Shown here: positions 37,434 to 47,810 of the stretch, piece by piece | Position numbering within the stretch: the first letter of the stretch is position 1 | Layout of the letters: each line of letters opens with the position of its first letter | Assembly: GCA_965203805.1 (NCBI GenBank) | Contig: OZ241917.1 | Coordinates: 352,001-416,000, forward strand | Direction: 5' to 3' | Length of the DNA: 64,000 nucleotides | From: Candidatus Latescibacterota bacterium | Lineage (GTDB): Bacteria > Latescibacterota > UBA2968 > GCA-2709665 | The notes under the pieces: model-generated | What the model was told of the DNA's origin: nothing | What the model saw: the letters and a program-made list of their open reading frames with translations, nothing else | The model's database searches: none | Made by a program: the position numbers and the translations under genes

Positions 37434-38609
37434 TCAGGGCGAGTAGACGCCGGTGTCCTGCCAGAAGGTCGCCCAGGCGAACCAGAATGCGTTGTGTGCG
37501 GGAATCTGATAAAGCTGGCTGCCTCTGAGCTCACCCGCCAGTGCCTGCCCCAGGAGGTTCCAGGTCGTGCCGGTCTCCCGGTCTTTCAGCATAAAGGTGA
37601 ACCGCCGGTCCGAAGATGGCACATTTTCGAAGGTCAGTGTCCGATTGCCCACGTCCCGACGGAAGGGCAGCGCCATCCGTGCCCCGGCGTCGTAGACCAC
37701 GAGGACGTTTTCGTCTGAGATCCGATCGTTGATTACGGCCAGATCGTCGCCCATTCGGGAAAAGGGGTAGGCCTTTGCGACGTTCCCCAATCGAACGCCC
37801 AGTACGATTTCCTTCGGGGGAAAATCGAAGATGATGGGATTGTCGTCCGGTTCCGGAAACAGGGGGAACAGCGGCGCCGATGCCGGGTTTCGGTAGCCGG
37901 TGTAAGGATACGTTGTATAACGTTCCGTGCGGAAGGTTCCCCTCGACGCGGAACTGACGACCAGTGTGCCGGGGTACAGGCGTTTCCAGTTGCCCCACGT
38001 GGTTTCGACCACGGGAATCAGCTTGAGTTCGTTTTCGGTACCGAATCCTTTAATGCCGATATGCGTCATCTGCGGGTAGAGAGTGTCGTCATGCCGGCGG
38101 TCGTACATGACCAGGTTGTTATTGAACAGCAGCCCGGATACGCCGAACTCCAGACGCTCGTCGTCCTCTCCCTGGCCGTCGAACACCATTCCTGTGCCCG
38201 TGAGCGGGCACAGCGTGACGACCACGTGCCGGTCGCCGGTAGCGTCGTTGACGATTTCATGGTGCCAGCCGATATTGTGCGGGTAGGCCTTGGCGATGCC
38301 GTTGATGTAGAGGCCAAGTACGAGATCCTCGTCGTTCAGGTACGAGGCATCGGCGGACCGCTCCCGGACAAAGTCCGGATCCGTAAGCGCGGGAATGCCG
38401 TCTTTGGCCACGCCGCCGCTGACCACGTGATTCATGGGAAAACGCGAGACGTCCAGGAAGTTCTTCGACGGCGGCGCCGTGATCCTGTCGGCCTGGCCGT
38501 TGCCTTCCGTTCCCGTTGGAGGCGCCGGAGGGGAGGGATTCTTCCCGCCGCAAGCCGCGAATGCGCCGGCGATCAGGAACGGACACGCGAAATGGCGGAG
38601 ACGGATCAT
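37434..38609 (-). CDS. DUF3179 domain lipoprotein (Cys variant)
   Basis: FAAC lipobox; SGG..KDGIPAL..P.F, WHEIVND, VTLCPLTGTG, FGVSG.L, FWFAW. Confidence 0.9.
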   Translation of the reverse strand: MIRLRHFACPFLIAGAFAACGGKNPSPPAPPTGTEGNGQADRITAPPSKNFLDVSRFPMNHVVSGGVAKDGIPALTDPDFVRERSADASYLNDEDLVLGLYINGIAKAYPHNIGWHHEIVNDATGDRHVVVTLCPLTGTGMVFDGQGEDDERLEFGVSGLLFNNNLVMYDRRHDDTLYPQMTHIGIKGFGTENELKLIPVVETTWGNWKRLYPGTLVVSSASRGTFRTERYTTYPYTGYRNPASAPLFPLFPEPDDNPIIFDFPPKEIVLGVRLGNVAKAYPFSRMGDDLAVINDRISDENVLVVYDAGARMALPFRRDVGNRTLTFENVPSSDRRFTFMLKDRETGTTWNLLGQALAGELRGSQLYQIPAHNAFWFAWATFWQDTGVYSP

Positions 38610-38938
38610 ATCGTGCCGGTTCGACGTTGGGATGGTGTCAATGAATGGCCGTGAGTCGCGCGGGTTCAACGGACGTCGTCGCGCCTCTCTGCATGAAATC
38701 TAAGCAGATTGCACCGGAAAAAAAAGTACATTAAGCGGCAGGATCCCGTTTTTTCGTGGCCGGTGCCGGCGATGAACATCCGCCGCGGGTCAGACGGCCT
38801 CGTACCGGCGGACAATCCTCTGTCGCGTCGACGGGCCGGGAAACTTCGCATAGTTCTTGCTTTTGCATCGATCCATGTCTAAATTATCTATACATTTGGT
38901 CACTGTTTTTCGGCTGTGTAACGTTCACGAGGTCGACG

Positions 38939-40954
38939 ATGACGAGATTCCGGGTTCAGGCGCCGTTTGAACCGGCGGGCGACCAGCCGGAAGCCATCGA
39001 CGAATTGCGCGAGGGTGTCCGGAGAGGCGACCGTTTTCAGACGCTCATGGGGGCGACCGGCACCGGCAAGACGTTTACGATTTCGAAGGTTATCGAGGCG
39101 GTACAGATGCCGACCCTGGTGATCTCGCACAACAAAACGCTGGCAGCTCAGCTATTCGGCGAATTCAAGACGTTCTTTCCGGACAACGCCGTGGAATATT
39201 TCATTTCCTATTACGACTATTATCAGCCTGAGGCGTATAAGCCGGTCACCGATACGTTTATCGAAAAGGAAGCGGATATCAACGATGAGATCAACCGGCT
39301 TCGCCTGCGTGCGACAAGCGCGTTGATGGAACGACAGGACGTGATTATCGTGGCCAGCGTATCCTGCATTTACGGCATCGGCAATCCCGAGGAGTACGAG
39401 GCTATGCACGTCATGATCGACCGGGGGGACATGCTGGACCGGGACGAACTGCTTCGCCGACTGGTGGATATTCACTATACGCGGAACGACGTGGACTTCG
39501 GTCCGGGTACCTTCAGGGTACGCGGGGACGTCGTGGAGATCTATCGCCCGGATCGGGACGAACCGGTGCGCGTGGAGTTTTTCGGAGACGAGGTGGACGC
39601 GATCAGTGTGGTGCAGCCGGTGACCGGCGAGGTGCTGGATACGCAGGAACGGGCGGCGATTTACCCGGCGCGGCACTTCGTGACCAGCGGCGAGCGGATC
39701 GAACGGGCGATCGTGCAGATCGAGGTTGACATGGCCGCGCAGCTGGAAGCATTCAAGAACCAGGGAAAACTCCTGGAAGCCCAGCGGCTGGAGACACGCA
39801 CGCGGTACGACATCGAGATGATGCGAGAGATCGGCTACTGCGCGGGAATCGAGAATTATTCGAGATATATCGACGGGCGGGAACCCGGTCAGCCGCCTCA
39901 CGTGCTGCTTGATTATTTTCCGGAGGAATTCCTGATTGTGATTGACGAGTCGCATGTGACGCTGCCGCAGGTCCGGGGGATGTGGAACGCCGATCGATCG
40001 CGAAAGACGACGCTGGTCGAACACGGATTCAGGCTGCCCGCCGCGCTGGACAACCGCCCGCTCTATTTCGAGGAATTCGAAGGCAAGATGCAAACGGCGG
40101 TCTTTATGTCCGCCACGCCCGCGGACTACGAACTGGAAAAGTCAGAGGGCATTGTCGTCGAGCAGATTATAAGGCCTACCGGCGTTCTGGACCCCGAGAT
40201 GCTGGTGCGTCCGGTCCGCGGGCAGGTGGACGATCTGATCGACGAGGTCCGCGATCGGGTCGGCCGGAAGGAACGGGTGCTGGTGACCACGCTGACCAAG
40301 AGAATGTCGGAGGACCTGGCCGAATACATGCGCGACCTGGGGATCCGTGCCCGCTATATGCATTCGGAAATCGACTCACTGGAGCGCGTTGAGATCGTGA
40401 GGGGATTGCGGCTGGGTGAATTCGACGTTCTGGTGGGGGTGAATCTGCTGCGGGAGGGACTGGATCTGCCGGAGGTATCCCTGGTCGCGATTCTGGATGC
40501 GGATAAAGAAGGCTTCCTGCGCTCGACGCGTTCCCTGATTCAGACGGCGGGCCGGGCGGCCAGAAACCTGGCCGGCAAGGTCGTCCTATACGCGGACGAA
40601 GTCACGGATTCCATGAGGCGGGCGATCGAGGAAACCAGTCGCAGGCGTCAGGTACAGCAGGCGTACAACGAGCGGCACGGTGTCGCGCCGCAGACGGTCT
40701 ACAAGAGCAGGGACGAGATCCTGCAGGCCACGACGGTCGCCGACACCAGGCAGGAGGAGGTACCGCTTGCCGCGGAAGAGACGTCCGGGTACGAGGCCGG
40801 CGCGAATCTGGTCGACGTCATCGCGGATCTCGAAGATAAAATGGCCAGGGCCGCTGCGGAACTGGCATTCGAACGGGCGGCCGAATACCGGGACGAAATC
40901 ACCAGGCTGAAAGCCGGATTGAAGAGGGTCTCGGACGGCGCCGCACAGGCGTGA
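38939..40954 (+). CDS. uvrB: Excinuclease ABC subunit B
   Basis: [37 protein letters not shown]-terminal UVR coiled coil. Confidence 0.98.
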   Translation: MTRFRVQAPFEPAGDQPEAIDELREGVRRGDRFQTLMGATGTGKTFTISKVIEAVQMPTLVISHNKTLAAQLFGEFKTFFPDNAVEYFISYYDYYQPEAYKPVTDTFIEKEADINDEINRLRLRATSALMERQDVIIVASVSCIYGIGNPEEYEAMHVMIDRGDMLDRDELLRRLVDIHYTRNDVDFGPGTFRVRGDVVEIYRPDRDEPVRVEFFGDEVDAISVVQPVTGEVLDTQERAAIYPARHFVTSGERIERAIVQIEVDMAAQLEAFKNQGKLLEAQRLETRTRYDIEMMREIGYCAGIENYSRYIDGREPGQPPHVLLDYFPEEFLIVIDESHVTLPQVRGMWNADRSRKTTLVEHGFRLPAALDNRPLYFEEFEGKMQTAVFMSATPADYELEKSEGIVVEQIIRPTGVLDPEMLVRPVRGQVDDLIDEVRDRVGRKERVLVTTLTKRMSEDLAEYMRDLGIRARYMHSEIDSLERVEIVRGLRLGEFDVLVGVNLLREGLDLPEVSLVAILDADKEGFLRSTRSLIQTAGRAARNLAGKVVLYADEVTDSMRRAIEETSRRRQVQQAYNERHGVAPQTVYKSRDEILQATTVADTRQEEVPLAAEETSGYEAGANLVDVIADLEDKMARAAAELAFERAAEYRDEITRLKAGLKRVSDGAAQA

Positions 40955-40958
40955 TGGC

Positions 40959-41822
40959 ATGGCGAACCTGACGGAATGGGACGGCATCGACCGTGTCGTG
41001 GACGCGGCGATCCAGGAAGACGTCGGCGCAGGCGACATTTCGACCGCATGGACGGTGCGCGAGGCGGTTCAGGCGCGGGCATTGCTGATTGCGAGGTCGG
41101 CGGGTGTGGTCGCGGGCCTGGCTGTGGCGGAGCGGGTATTTCGGCGGGTCGATTCACGAATCCGGTTCGCGCCGCGGATCGATGACGGCGCGCGCGTTGA
41201 AGGCGAGGATGTCCTGGCGGACGTCGCGGGTCCCGCCCGGGGCATTCTCACGGCCGAGCGGACGGCGCTGAATTTTCTCCAGCGGATGTCCGGGATTGCA
41301 ACGACGACGGCAGCCTACGTGTCCGCCGTCGGCGGGACCGGCGTGCGGATTCTGGATACCCGGAAGACGGCCCCCGGGCTCCGGATGCTGGACAAGTATG
41401 CGGTTGCCGCGGGGGGTGGATCGAACCACCGGCTGGGACTCCACGATATGGTGCTCCTCAAGGAAAACCATATTGAAGCGGCGGACGGCATCGGTCCGGC
41501 GGTGGCCGCGGTGAAGTCGGCGATGGCCCGGTCCGGAAGGACGGTAATGATCGAAGTGGAGGTGAAAACACTGCGCGAACTGGACGACGCGCTGGCTTCG
41601 GGCGTGGACCGGGTGTTGCTGGACAATATGGATCTGGACACCACGCGGCTCGCGGTGGCGACGGCGAAGGCCTTCGGGTCGGAGAGCCCCGCTCTTGAAG
41701 CATCCGGCAACGTCACACTCGAAACCGTTCGAGCCCTGGCTGAGACCGGCGTCGACCTGATCTCTGTGGGCGCGTTGACGCATTCGACGACTTCAATGGA
41801 TTTGAGCCTGCTGTTCCAATGA
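40959..41822 (+). CDS. nadC: Quinolinate phosphoribosyltransferase
   Basis: ER.ALN.LQRMSGIAT, DTRKT.PG, HR.GL.D..L.KENH, LLDNM, EASG. Confidence 0.96.
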   Translation: MANLTEWDGIDRVVDAAIQEDVGAGDISTAWTVREAVQARALLIARSAGVVAGLAVAERVFRRVDSRIRFAPRIDDGARVEGEDVLADVAGPARGILTAERTALNFLQRMSGIATTTAAYVSAVGGTGVRILDTRKTAPGLRMLDKYAVAAGGGSNHRLGLHDMVLLKENHIEAADGIGPAVAAVKSAMARSGRTVMIEVEVKTLRELDDALASGVDRVLLDNMDLDTTRLAVATAKAFGSESPALEASGNVTLETVRALAETGVDLISVGALTHSTTSMDLSLLFQ

Positions 41823-42853
41823 GCGGAAAATGTCCTGATTCTTCCGCGGGAGCATCCCCGTGCAACGGGGGTGTCGCGACCCCCATTTCATATCGCGTAC
41901 TCGAAGCGCTTGGCGGACAACGGGCCCGGCGCGCACCGGTCGAAAGTCTGGCCGAAAGGCTGTCTTGCAAGCCGGACGATATCCGCGTCGCCATAGACGC
42001 GATCCGGCGCCTCGGGTATTCGGTTTCGGATCGACCGGGCGCAGGGTTCCGCCTGGACACCCGCGCGGACGTCATCGTCCGGTCCGACCTTCTCCGACGC
42101 CTGAGGACCCGTGCGCTGGGTCGTTCTCCCGTTTGCTTCCTGGAGTTGGAGTCTACAAATGCGCTCGGCATGCGAGCCGCGCTCGCCGGCGCACGGCACG
42201 GAACGGCGGTTGTTGCGGAACATCAGACGGCCGGGCGCGGGCGACTCGGCAGAGCGTGGTTTTCGCCGCCCGGGGTGGGACTCTGGTTTTCACTCATTCT
42301 CCGTTACGAACTGGAAATTTCACGCGCCTGGATGCTTACGCTTGGCGCCGCCGCCGGCGTCGCAGAAGCCGTCGAGGCTTCCACCGGCGCATGCCCCGAG
42401 GTCCGCTGGCCGAACGACCTCTACCTGAACGGCCGCAAGCTGGCGGGCATCCTTACGGAGGCGAGGGTCGGCGTTGGAGGACTGCGTTTCGCCGTTCTCG
42501 GGGTCGGCATCAATGTCAACCACGAAGCGGTGGATTTTCCCGGCGGTCTGCAGGATACCGCGACGTCACTTCGGTGCGGCACGGGCCGGGAACACGGTCG
42601 GACGAGACTCCTGGCGGAGATCTTTCTGTCGCTCGAGCGGACCTATAACGGCCTCGACGCCGAGAGGATCAGGGCCGCGTGGAAGTGCAGAGCCCGGATG
42701 CTTGGCGGGCCGGTTCGCGTGAAGACGGCCGAGGGGCCGGTCAGCGGCGTGGCGGAGGACGTGGACACCGACGGCGCCCTCCTGGTACGGGATGTCGATG
42801 GCGGGACCACGAGGGTTACGATGGGCGACGTGGGAGGCGAAGCAACGCGTTAG
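41819..42853 (+). CDS. birA: Biotin protein ligase with N-terminal HTH
   Basis: STN, AE.QTAGRGR.GR.W.SP, WPND....GRKL.GIL.E, G.GINVN. Confidence 0.93.
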   Translation: MSGKCPDSSAGASPCNGGVATPISYRVLEALGGQRARRAPVESLAERLSCKPDDIRVAIDAIRRLGYSVSDRPGAGFRLDTRADVIVRSDLLRRLRTRALGRSPVCFLELESTNALGMRAALAGARHGTAVVAEHQTAGRGRLGRAWFSPPGVGLWFSLILRYELEISRAWMLTLGAAAGVAEAVEASTGACPEVRWPNDLYLNGRKLAGILTEARVGVGGLRFAVLGVGINVNHEAVDFPGGLQDTATSLRCGTGREHGRTRLLAEIFLSLERTYNGLDAERIRAAWKCRARMLGGPVRVKTAEGPVSGVAEDVDTDGALLVRDVDGGTTRVTMGDVGGEATR

Positions 42854-42926
42854 CCAGGCGCCGCAGGTGAATTCCCGCCTGTAAGCGCAGGGTTTCCCGG
42901 CCGTTTGCCTAAAACCGGGGTATCGA

Positions 42927-43700
42927 GTGTTTCTCGCGATAGACATCGGGAATTCCAGTATCGGCTGCGCCGTATTCGACGGCAGCGGCATGCGGACTCG
43001 CTGGTTCATGGATACGGATACCGGGCTGAGCAGCGCGGACTACACGTCGCGCCTCGACACGGGGTTCGAACAGGCGGGCATTGAAATCCGGGCGCTGGAC
43101 GGGGCGATCGCGTCGTCGGTGGTTCGTGGCATGACACCCGTGATGAGCCGGGCGGTCCGGGCGCTGTCCGGGCGCCGGCTGATCGAGGCCGATCCCGGAA
43201 CCGATCCCGGAATCGACATCGCGGCGCCCCGGCCCGAGGCCGTGGGCGTCGACCGGCTTCTGGCGGCAGGGGCGGCTTTCCGGCGGGTCCGCGGCGCCGC
43301 CATTGTGGTCGATGCCGGAACCGCTCTCACGGTCGATCTGGTCTCAGCCGGAGGGTGCTTCCTGGGCGGCACGATCGCGCCGGGCCTGAGGGCCATGGCG
43401 AATGTGCTCTCGTCGGGGACCAGTTTGCTGCCGGAGGTGAAACTCGAAGCGCCGCCATCTGCGTTGGGGCGGGATACACGGGAGTGCATTCGGGCGGGGG
43501 TGGTTTTCGGGGCAGCCGGAGCCGTAGACCGTTTGGTGGAAGAACTGATTGCCGCCGTGGACGCGGCGCCGCGTGTCCTCCTCACCGGCGGAGACGCGCC
43601 GTTCCTCTCGCCTTATCTGAGATCGCCGCACGATTCCGAGCCGGACCTCGTGCTGCATGGATTGGCATACGCGTTCAGGAGACGGAATCACGCCAGGTAG
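42927..43700 (+). CDS. coaX: Type III pantothenate kinase
   Basis: DIGNS, SSVV, G.DR, VD.GTA.T.D, GG.I.PG, TGGDA. Confidence 0.94.
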   Translation: MFLAIDIGNSSIGCAVFDGSGMRTRWFMDTDTGLSSADYTSRLDTGFEQAGIEIRALDGAIASSVVRGMTPVMSRAVRALSGRRLIEADPGTDPGIDIAAPRPEAVGVDRLLAAGAAFRRVRGAAIVVDAGTALTVDLVSAGGCFLGGTIAPGLRAMANVLSSGTSLLPEVKLEAPPSALGRDTRECIRAGVVFGAAGAVDRLVEELIAAVDAAPRVLLTGGDAPFLSPYLRSPHDSEPDLVLHGLAYAFRRRNHAR

Positions 43701-43727
43701 GATCGAGCCAGGACCGAAAAATCATAC

Positions 43728-43764
43728 AAATCCCGCGAACGGCGACGCCTGTAGCGGGATTTTT
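43728..43764. terminator. Probable bidirectional terminator between convergent genes
   Basis: AAATCCCGC...GCGGGATTTTT inverted repeat. Confidence 0.6.
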
Positions 43765-43805
43765 GCGTACGCATACGTTGGAACGCACCGTTTTTCCGCG
43801 CCCGT

Positions 43806-44645
43806 CTATGAATTCGCGCTCCAATCGGATTCCGAGCCAGCCGACTCGACCAGGGATTTCAGGGTTCTCAGGTTGCGTTCCGCGGTCGATACCGCGTCTT
43901 CCAACGGAGGCGTCTCAAAGACGAGCGGGCCGCTGTATTCCACGTCGACCAACGCTTTCAGGCAGGCCTTGAGGTCGATGTCGCCTTCGCCGACGTAACA
44001 CGGCGTCCTGTCTTTTCGCGGGTCTTTGATGTGGACCTGTACGATCCGGTCGCCCAGGCAGTGGATATCGGTGACCGAGTTGCTGCCGAGCATCTGCGCG
44101 TTGCCGACGTCGAAGTAAGCCCCCACGTACGGATTGTCCACCGCTTCGATCAGTTCCCGCATCTGTTCACCGGTAACGACGTGGCTGCGCCCCACGTTTT
44201 CCAGGCCGATGTAGATGCCCATGCCGGCCGCCTGCGCGGCGACGGCCCTGCTCTCGTACGCCCAACGATGGGCGGCTTCTTCGGCGGGCAACGCCAGCGG
44301 ATTGGTGACGGGGATGAGTATGGTGCCGATGCCCAAAGCCTTGCAGGCGTGTATGGCGTGAAACGCGATCTGTTTGGCCATGAAGCGGTTCGCGACGTCC
44401 GGGTCTGCAAAGGAATACTGCCAGAACGTGTGCAGGCAGAGGGAGAAGATGGGTATGCCCGCGGATTCGGCGCGCTGCCCCAGGGCTTCGATCCCTCCCT
44501 CAATCCAGAGGTCTGAGGCGCGATAGGTGTTGCCCCGGATGCCCAGTTCGACGCCGTCGTAGCCGAGCGCTTTCGCTTTCGGGAACACATCCACCCAGTC
44601 CGAACGAAGAACGTCTTCCAGAATACCGAATTTGAACCGGTTCAT
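43806..44645 (-). CDS. Sugar phosphate isomerase/epimerase (UlaE-like)
   Basis: GYDGVEL, LENV, YFDVGN, HIKD, Y.G....ET. Confidence 0.88.
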   Translation of the reverse strand: MNRFKFGILEDVLRSDWVDVFPKAKALGYDGVELGIRGNTYRASDLWIEGGIEALGQRAESAGIPIFSLCLHTFWQYSFADPDVANRFMAKQIAFHAIHACKALGIGTILIPVTNPLALPAEEAAHRWAYESRAVAAQAAGMGIYIGLENVGRSHVVTGEQMRELIEAVDNPYVGAYFDVGNAQMLGSNSVTDIHCLGDRIVQVHIKDPRKDRTPCYVGEGDIDLKACLKALVDVEYSGPLVFETPPLEDAVSTAERNLRTLKSLVESAGSESDWSANS

Positions 44646-44819
44646 TGCTTCCTTTCAGTTATCGATCGATCCATTTTCCGAAGAGATCCAACGTCCGTTA
44701 TACGAGGTGACGTGGTCCGCGGATCGCGCGCGGGGACCGCGGTTCGCCAAACCTCGACTCGTAGCAGACGGAACGGACCACGGAGTGGTCCGGACCGTGC
44801 GACGCCACTGTGTTTCGCT

Positions 44820-44848
44820 AAAGTACAAAAGGTCCGGAGTCCTGTCAA
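44820..44848 (-). promoter_or_regulatory. Sigma70-type promoter
   Basis: Minus strand TTGACA-17-TACTTT. Confidence 0.6.
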
Positions 44849-45003
44849 CAGGATCGTGAATTTGCATAAGTCCGGTGTCTCGCGGCCTCTTCCACCGTCC
44901 TTTGTTGCCCGTTTGGCGTGAAGGCGGGTTCGCGTACGCGCCGGACGGATTTCCGGTGGCGCCGCCGGGACCGGCTACCGGCATCGGGAGACGTTCATTC
45001 GGT

Positions 45004-45032
45004 TTGACATCGGGTGGCGGCCGGGGTATTAT
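45004..45032 (+). promoter_or_regulatory. Sigma70-type promoter
   Basis: TTGACA-17-TATTAT. Confidence 0.75.
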
Positions 45033-45058
45033 AGTTCGATTTCTGCGGAGGCCCGACA

Positions 45059-45841
45059 ATGAAGACTGCACTGTGTACCATTGCCTTTAAAGACCGGCCG
45101 TTCAAGGACGTCCTGGATCTCGCGGTCCGGGCCGGTTTCGACGGCGTCGAACCATGGGGCAAACCGGACCACATGCCCGGCAGCTATAGCGCGTCCGACA
45201 ACCGGCGCATTGCCGCGGCGATTCGGGCGAGAGGGCTGGAGGTGTCGCAATACGGGTCCTACATCAATCCGGTCGCCGGCGATTTTGCGCGTGAGGTGTC
45301 GGAAGGGTTGGACACCGCATCGGATCTGGGGACGGAGACGATCCGCGTGTGGGCCGGGTCCTGCGGCTCGGCGGAAGCGACGGATGAGGACTGGCGGACC
45401 GCGATCCGGGGATTCCGCCGTTTCGCAGACATGGCGGCGGACCGGGGGATGCGTCTGGCCGTGGAGATGCATCTGGGGTACCTGTCCGATACCGCGTGGG
45501 GCAGCCTGCGCCTGGTCGAAGGCGTGGACCGGCCCAATTTTCTGCTGAATTTCCAGCCGATGTATACGGACGGCGCCGACCGGGTGATTTCGGTGGCGCG
45601 GCAGGTTGCGCCTCGGGTGGTTACGGTGCACGCGCAAAACTATACCGCTCCCGGGCGGAACGAACGCAGCCTGATTTCCGCGGGTTACGTGGACTATCCC
45701 GCGGTCGTCGGGGAACTCTCGGCGGCGGGTTTCGACGGATTTCTGGAGGTCGAGTTTGTCAGGGACGACGACCCCGAGGCCGCGCTGATGGCGGATGCCG
45801 CGTTTCTGCGCGTGTTGTGTGGGAAAACGGATGCAAAGTGA
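45059..45841 (+). CDS. Sugar phosphate isomerase/epimerase
   Basis: GFDGVE, YGSY, IRVWAG, E.H, EF motifs. Confidence 0.85.
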   Translation: MKTALCTIAFKDRPFKDVLDLAVRAGFDGVEPWGKPDHMPGSYSASDNRRIAAAIRARGLEVSQYGSYINPVAGDFAREVSEGLDTASDLGTETIRVWAGSCGSAEATDEDWRTAIRGFRRFADMAADRGMRLAVEMHLGYLSDTAWGSLRLVEGVDRPNFLLNFQPMYTDGADRVISVARQVAPRVVTVHAQNYTAPGRNERSLISAGYVDYPAVVGELSAAGFDGFLEVEFVRDDDPEAALMADAAFLRVLCGKTDAK

Positions 45842-45865
45842 GCTTCCATAACAGGAGGTCGGTCA

Positions 45866-46621
45866 ATGGAATATCTGCTGGCGGGTCTTGCGTTTGTCTT
45901 GGTTTTGTTGACGGTGGATGCTGCATTTGCCGGAGGTCGACCGAGCTATACCATCTACCGGGCCGGGACCCCGATTGCGGTCGACGGTCGGCTGGACGAG
46001 CCCGCGTGGGTGGCTGCGCCCGACGTAGGCGCATTCGTGTTCCCGTGGTACAGCGACGGCAGGCAGGAACAGACGGTGGCAAAGATGCTCTGGGACGAGA
46101 CGCATCTCTACGTGGCATATATCTGCGAAGACTCCCACATCTGGGCGGACCACACCGAGCGCAACAGCGACGTGTACGACGACGACTGCGTGGAGGTGTT
46201 TACGGCGCCGGATCCGGATCTGCCGCACGTCTACTTCAATATCGAAATGAATGTGCTGAGTATTTTTCTGGACCGGTTCAATCCCAGGGGTGCGGGCGAA
46301 GTCGTCGATACGGGATGGCGGGTGCAGGGACTTCAGGTTTCGACGTTTATCTCGGGCACGTTGAACGACGACACGGATACCGATTCGTACTGGGTCCTCG
46401 AGGCGGCCATTCCGTTCGAGAATTTCGCCGGCGTCGCGAAGAACACGCCCCCCACGCCGGGCGACGTCTGGCACCTGAACCTGAACCGGCTTGGCGGCAG
46501 AACCAACGCGCAGTTCAGCCAGTGGTCCGCCAGCCGGACGCCCGAGCCGCAGTTCCACGCGCCGGATGATTTCGGCCGGGTCACGTTCTCCGATGCGGCG
46601 AGTCCGTTCTGGAAACGATAG
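45866..46621 (+). CDS. Secreted CBM9-like carbohydrate-binding domain protein
   Basis: IAVDGRLDE..W, T.AKMLWD...LY, DD.VEVF, W..E.AIP, W..N.NR. Confidence 0.82.
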   Translation: MEYLLAGLAFVLVLLTVDAAFAGGRPSYTIYRAGTPIAVDGRLDEPAWVAAPDVGAFVFPWYSDGRQEQTVAKMLWDETHLYVAYICEDSHIWADHTERNSDVYDDDCVEVFTAPDPDLPHVYFNIEMNVLSIFLDRFNPRGAGEVVDTGWRVQGLQVSTFISGTLNDDTDTDSYWVLEAAIPFENFAGVAKNTPPTPGDVWHLNLNRLGGRTNAQFSQWSASRTPEPQFHAPDDFGRVTFSDAASPFWKR

Positions 46622-46687
46622 CGAATGAATGGCGCGGTCAGGCTACCGGCAGGAAGCCGAATCCGGAGTTAAAGAGGAGAACGCTCG

Positions 46688-47731
46688 ATGGCTGACGGGA
46701 GCGATGCAGTAGGCTTTCATCGGGACGCACTGGTGATCGATTCACACAACGACGCGATTGTCAATCATATTCGCCGGGGGAATCTGGGGTTTTCAGGCAA
46801 TCCGCCAACGGACGGGGATCGACGGAACGGAACGGTCGCGTATTTCAGAGGGCGTCTGGACCGGCAGGCCCTGGAAGCACCGGTACAGATCGATTTTGTC
46901 AAGATGCGCGAGGGGGGCCTGGACGCCGCGTTCTTCGCCGTGGACGTAACCCTCGCCCTGAAGAACCATCTGACCTATGCGCTCGACGCCGCAGGGTTCT
47001 TCGACTCTGAACTGGCAGCACACGGAGCCGAAGTGGTCCTGGCGAAGTCCGCCGGAGACATTGTGCGCGCAAAACAGGAAGGCAAACTGGCGGTCGTGCT
47101 GGCGATCGAGAACAGCGACGGGGTGGAGGGAAGCGTGAACGTGCTGCGCATGCTGCACCGGATCGGCGTCCGTTCGATCGGCCTGACGCACGATGTCAGC
47201 AGTCTGGCCGCGGACGGCAATGCCGAGGCGCGAAGCCGCGGCGGACTGACGCGCTTCGGCGTTCGGCTCGTGGAGGAGATGAACGGCCTCGGCATGCTGG
47301 TGGACGTGTCCCACGTCAGCGAGGCCGGGTTCTGGGACGTGATGGACGTCGCACGAAAACCGGTGATCGCGTCGCACAGCAACTGCAAGGCGTTGTGCGA
47401 CCACCCGAGGAACCTGAGTAACGAACAGATCAGGGCGCTTGCGAAGAACGGAGGGACGATGGGCGTGACGTTCGTGCCGCGTTTCGTGGATTCGACAAGG
47501 CCCACGCTACCGCGTCTCCTCGACCACGTGGACCATGCCGTGCAGTTGGCGGGCGTGGAGCACGTAGGCATCGGTTCGGATTTCGACGGCGGCGGCACGC
47601 TGCTGGACGATGCGACGTCATTTCCCCGAATTACCGAGGGATTGCTGGCCAGGGGTTTTTCGGCGGTCGATGTTCGAAAGATCCTCGGCAAGAATCATCT
47701 GAGGGTGATGAGCGAAGCCATCGGTAGCTGA
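46688..47731 (+). CDS. Membrane dipeptidase (peptidase M19)
   Basis: DSHND, IEN, VDVSH, ASHSN......HPRN, GIGSDFDG. Confidence 0.93.
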   Translation: MADGSDAVGFHRDALVIDSHNDAIVNHIRRGNLGFSGNPPTDGDRRNGTVAYFRGRLDRQALEAPVQIDFVKMREGGLDAAFFAVDVTLALKNHLTYALDAAGFFDSELAAHGAEVVLAKSAGDIVRAKQEGKLAVVLAIENSDGVEGSVNVLRMLHRIGVRSIGLTHDVSSLAADGNAEARSRGGLTRFGVRLVEEMNGLGMLVDVSHVSEAGFWDVMDVARKPVIASHSNCKALCDHPRNLSNEQIRALAKNGGTMGVTFVPRFVDSTRPTLPRLLDHVDHAVQLAGVEHVGIGSDFDGGGTLLDDATSFPRITEGLLARGFSAVDVRKILGKNHLRVMSEAIGS

Positions 47732-47810
47732 ATGCACCCCATGACCGTGGGACTGGGCCAGCGAGCAGATTGCGCTCGGGTGTTTCACGACGGGTCCCGT
47801 CGGCGTGCCG

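Noticed and set aside
33430-38609. Selenocysteine recoding in the DUF3179 genes
   Set aside because: Both frames are continuous with Cys or Ser at the relevant position; no internal TGA.
38860-38938. LexA box upstream of uvrB (also checked ssb and the WYL gene)
   Set aside because: No convincing CTG-N10-CAG or GAAC-N4-GTTC palindrome; a lineage-specific box cannot be excluded.
44646-44819. Long leader of the UlaE-like gene as a riboswitch
   Set aside because: Has hairpins (CGGACCAC/GTGGTCCG) but no recognisable aptamer, terminator or SD-sequestering stem.
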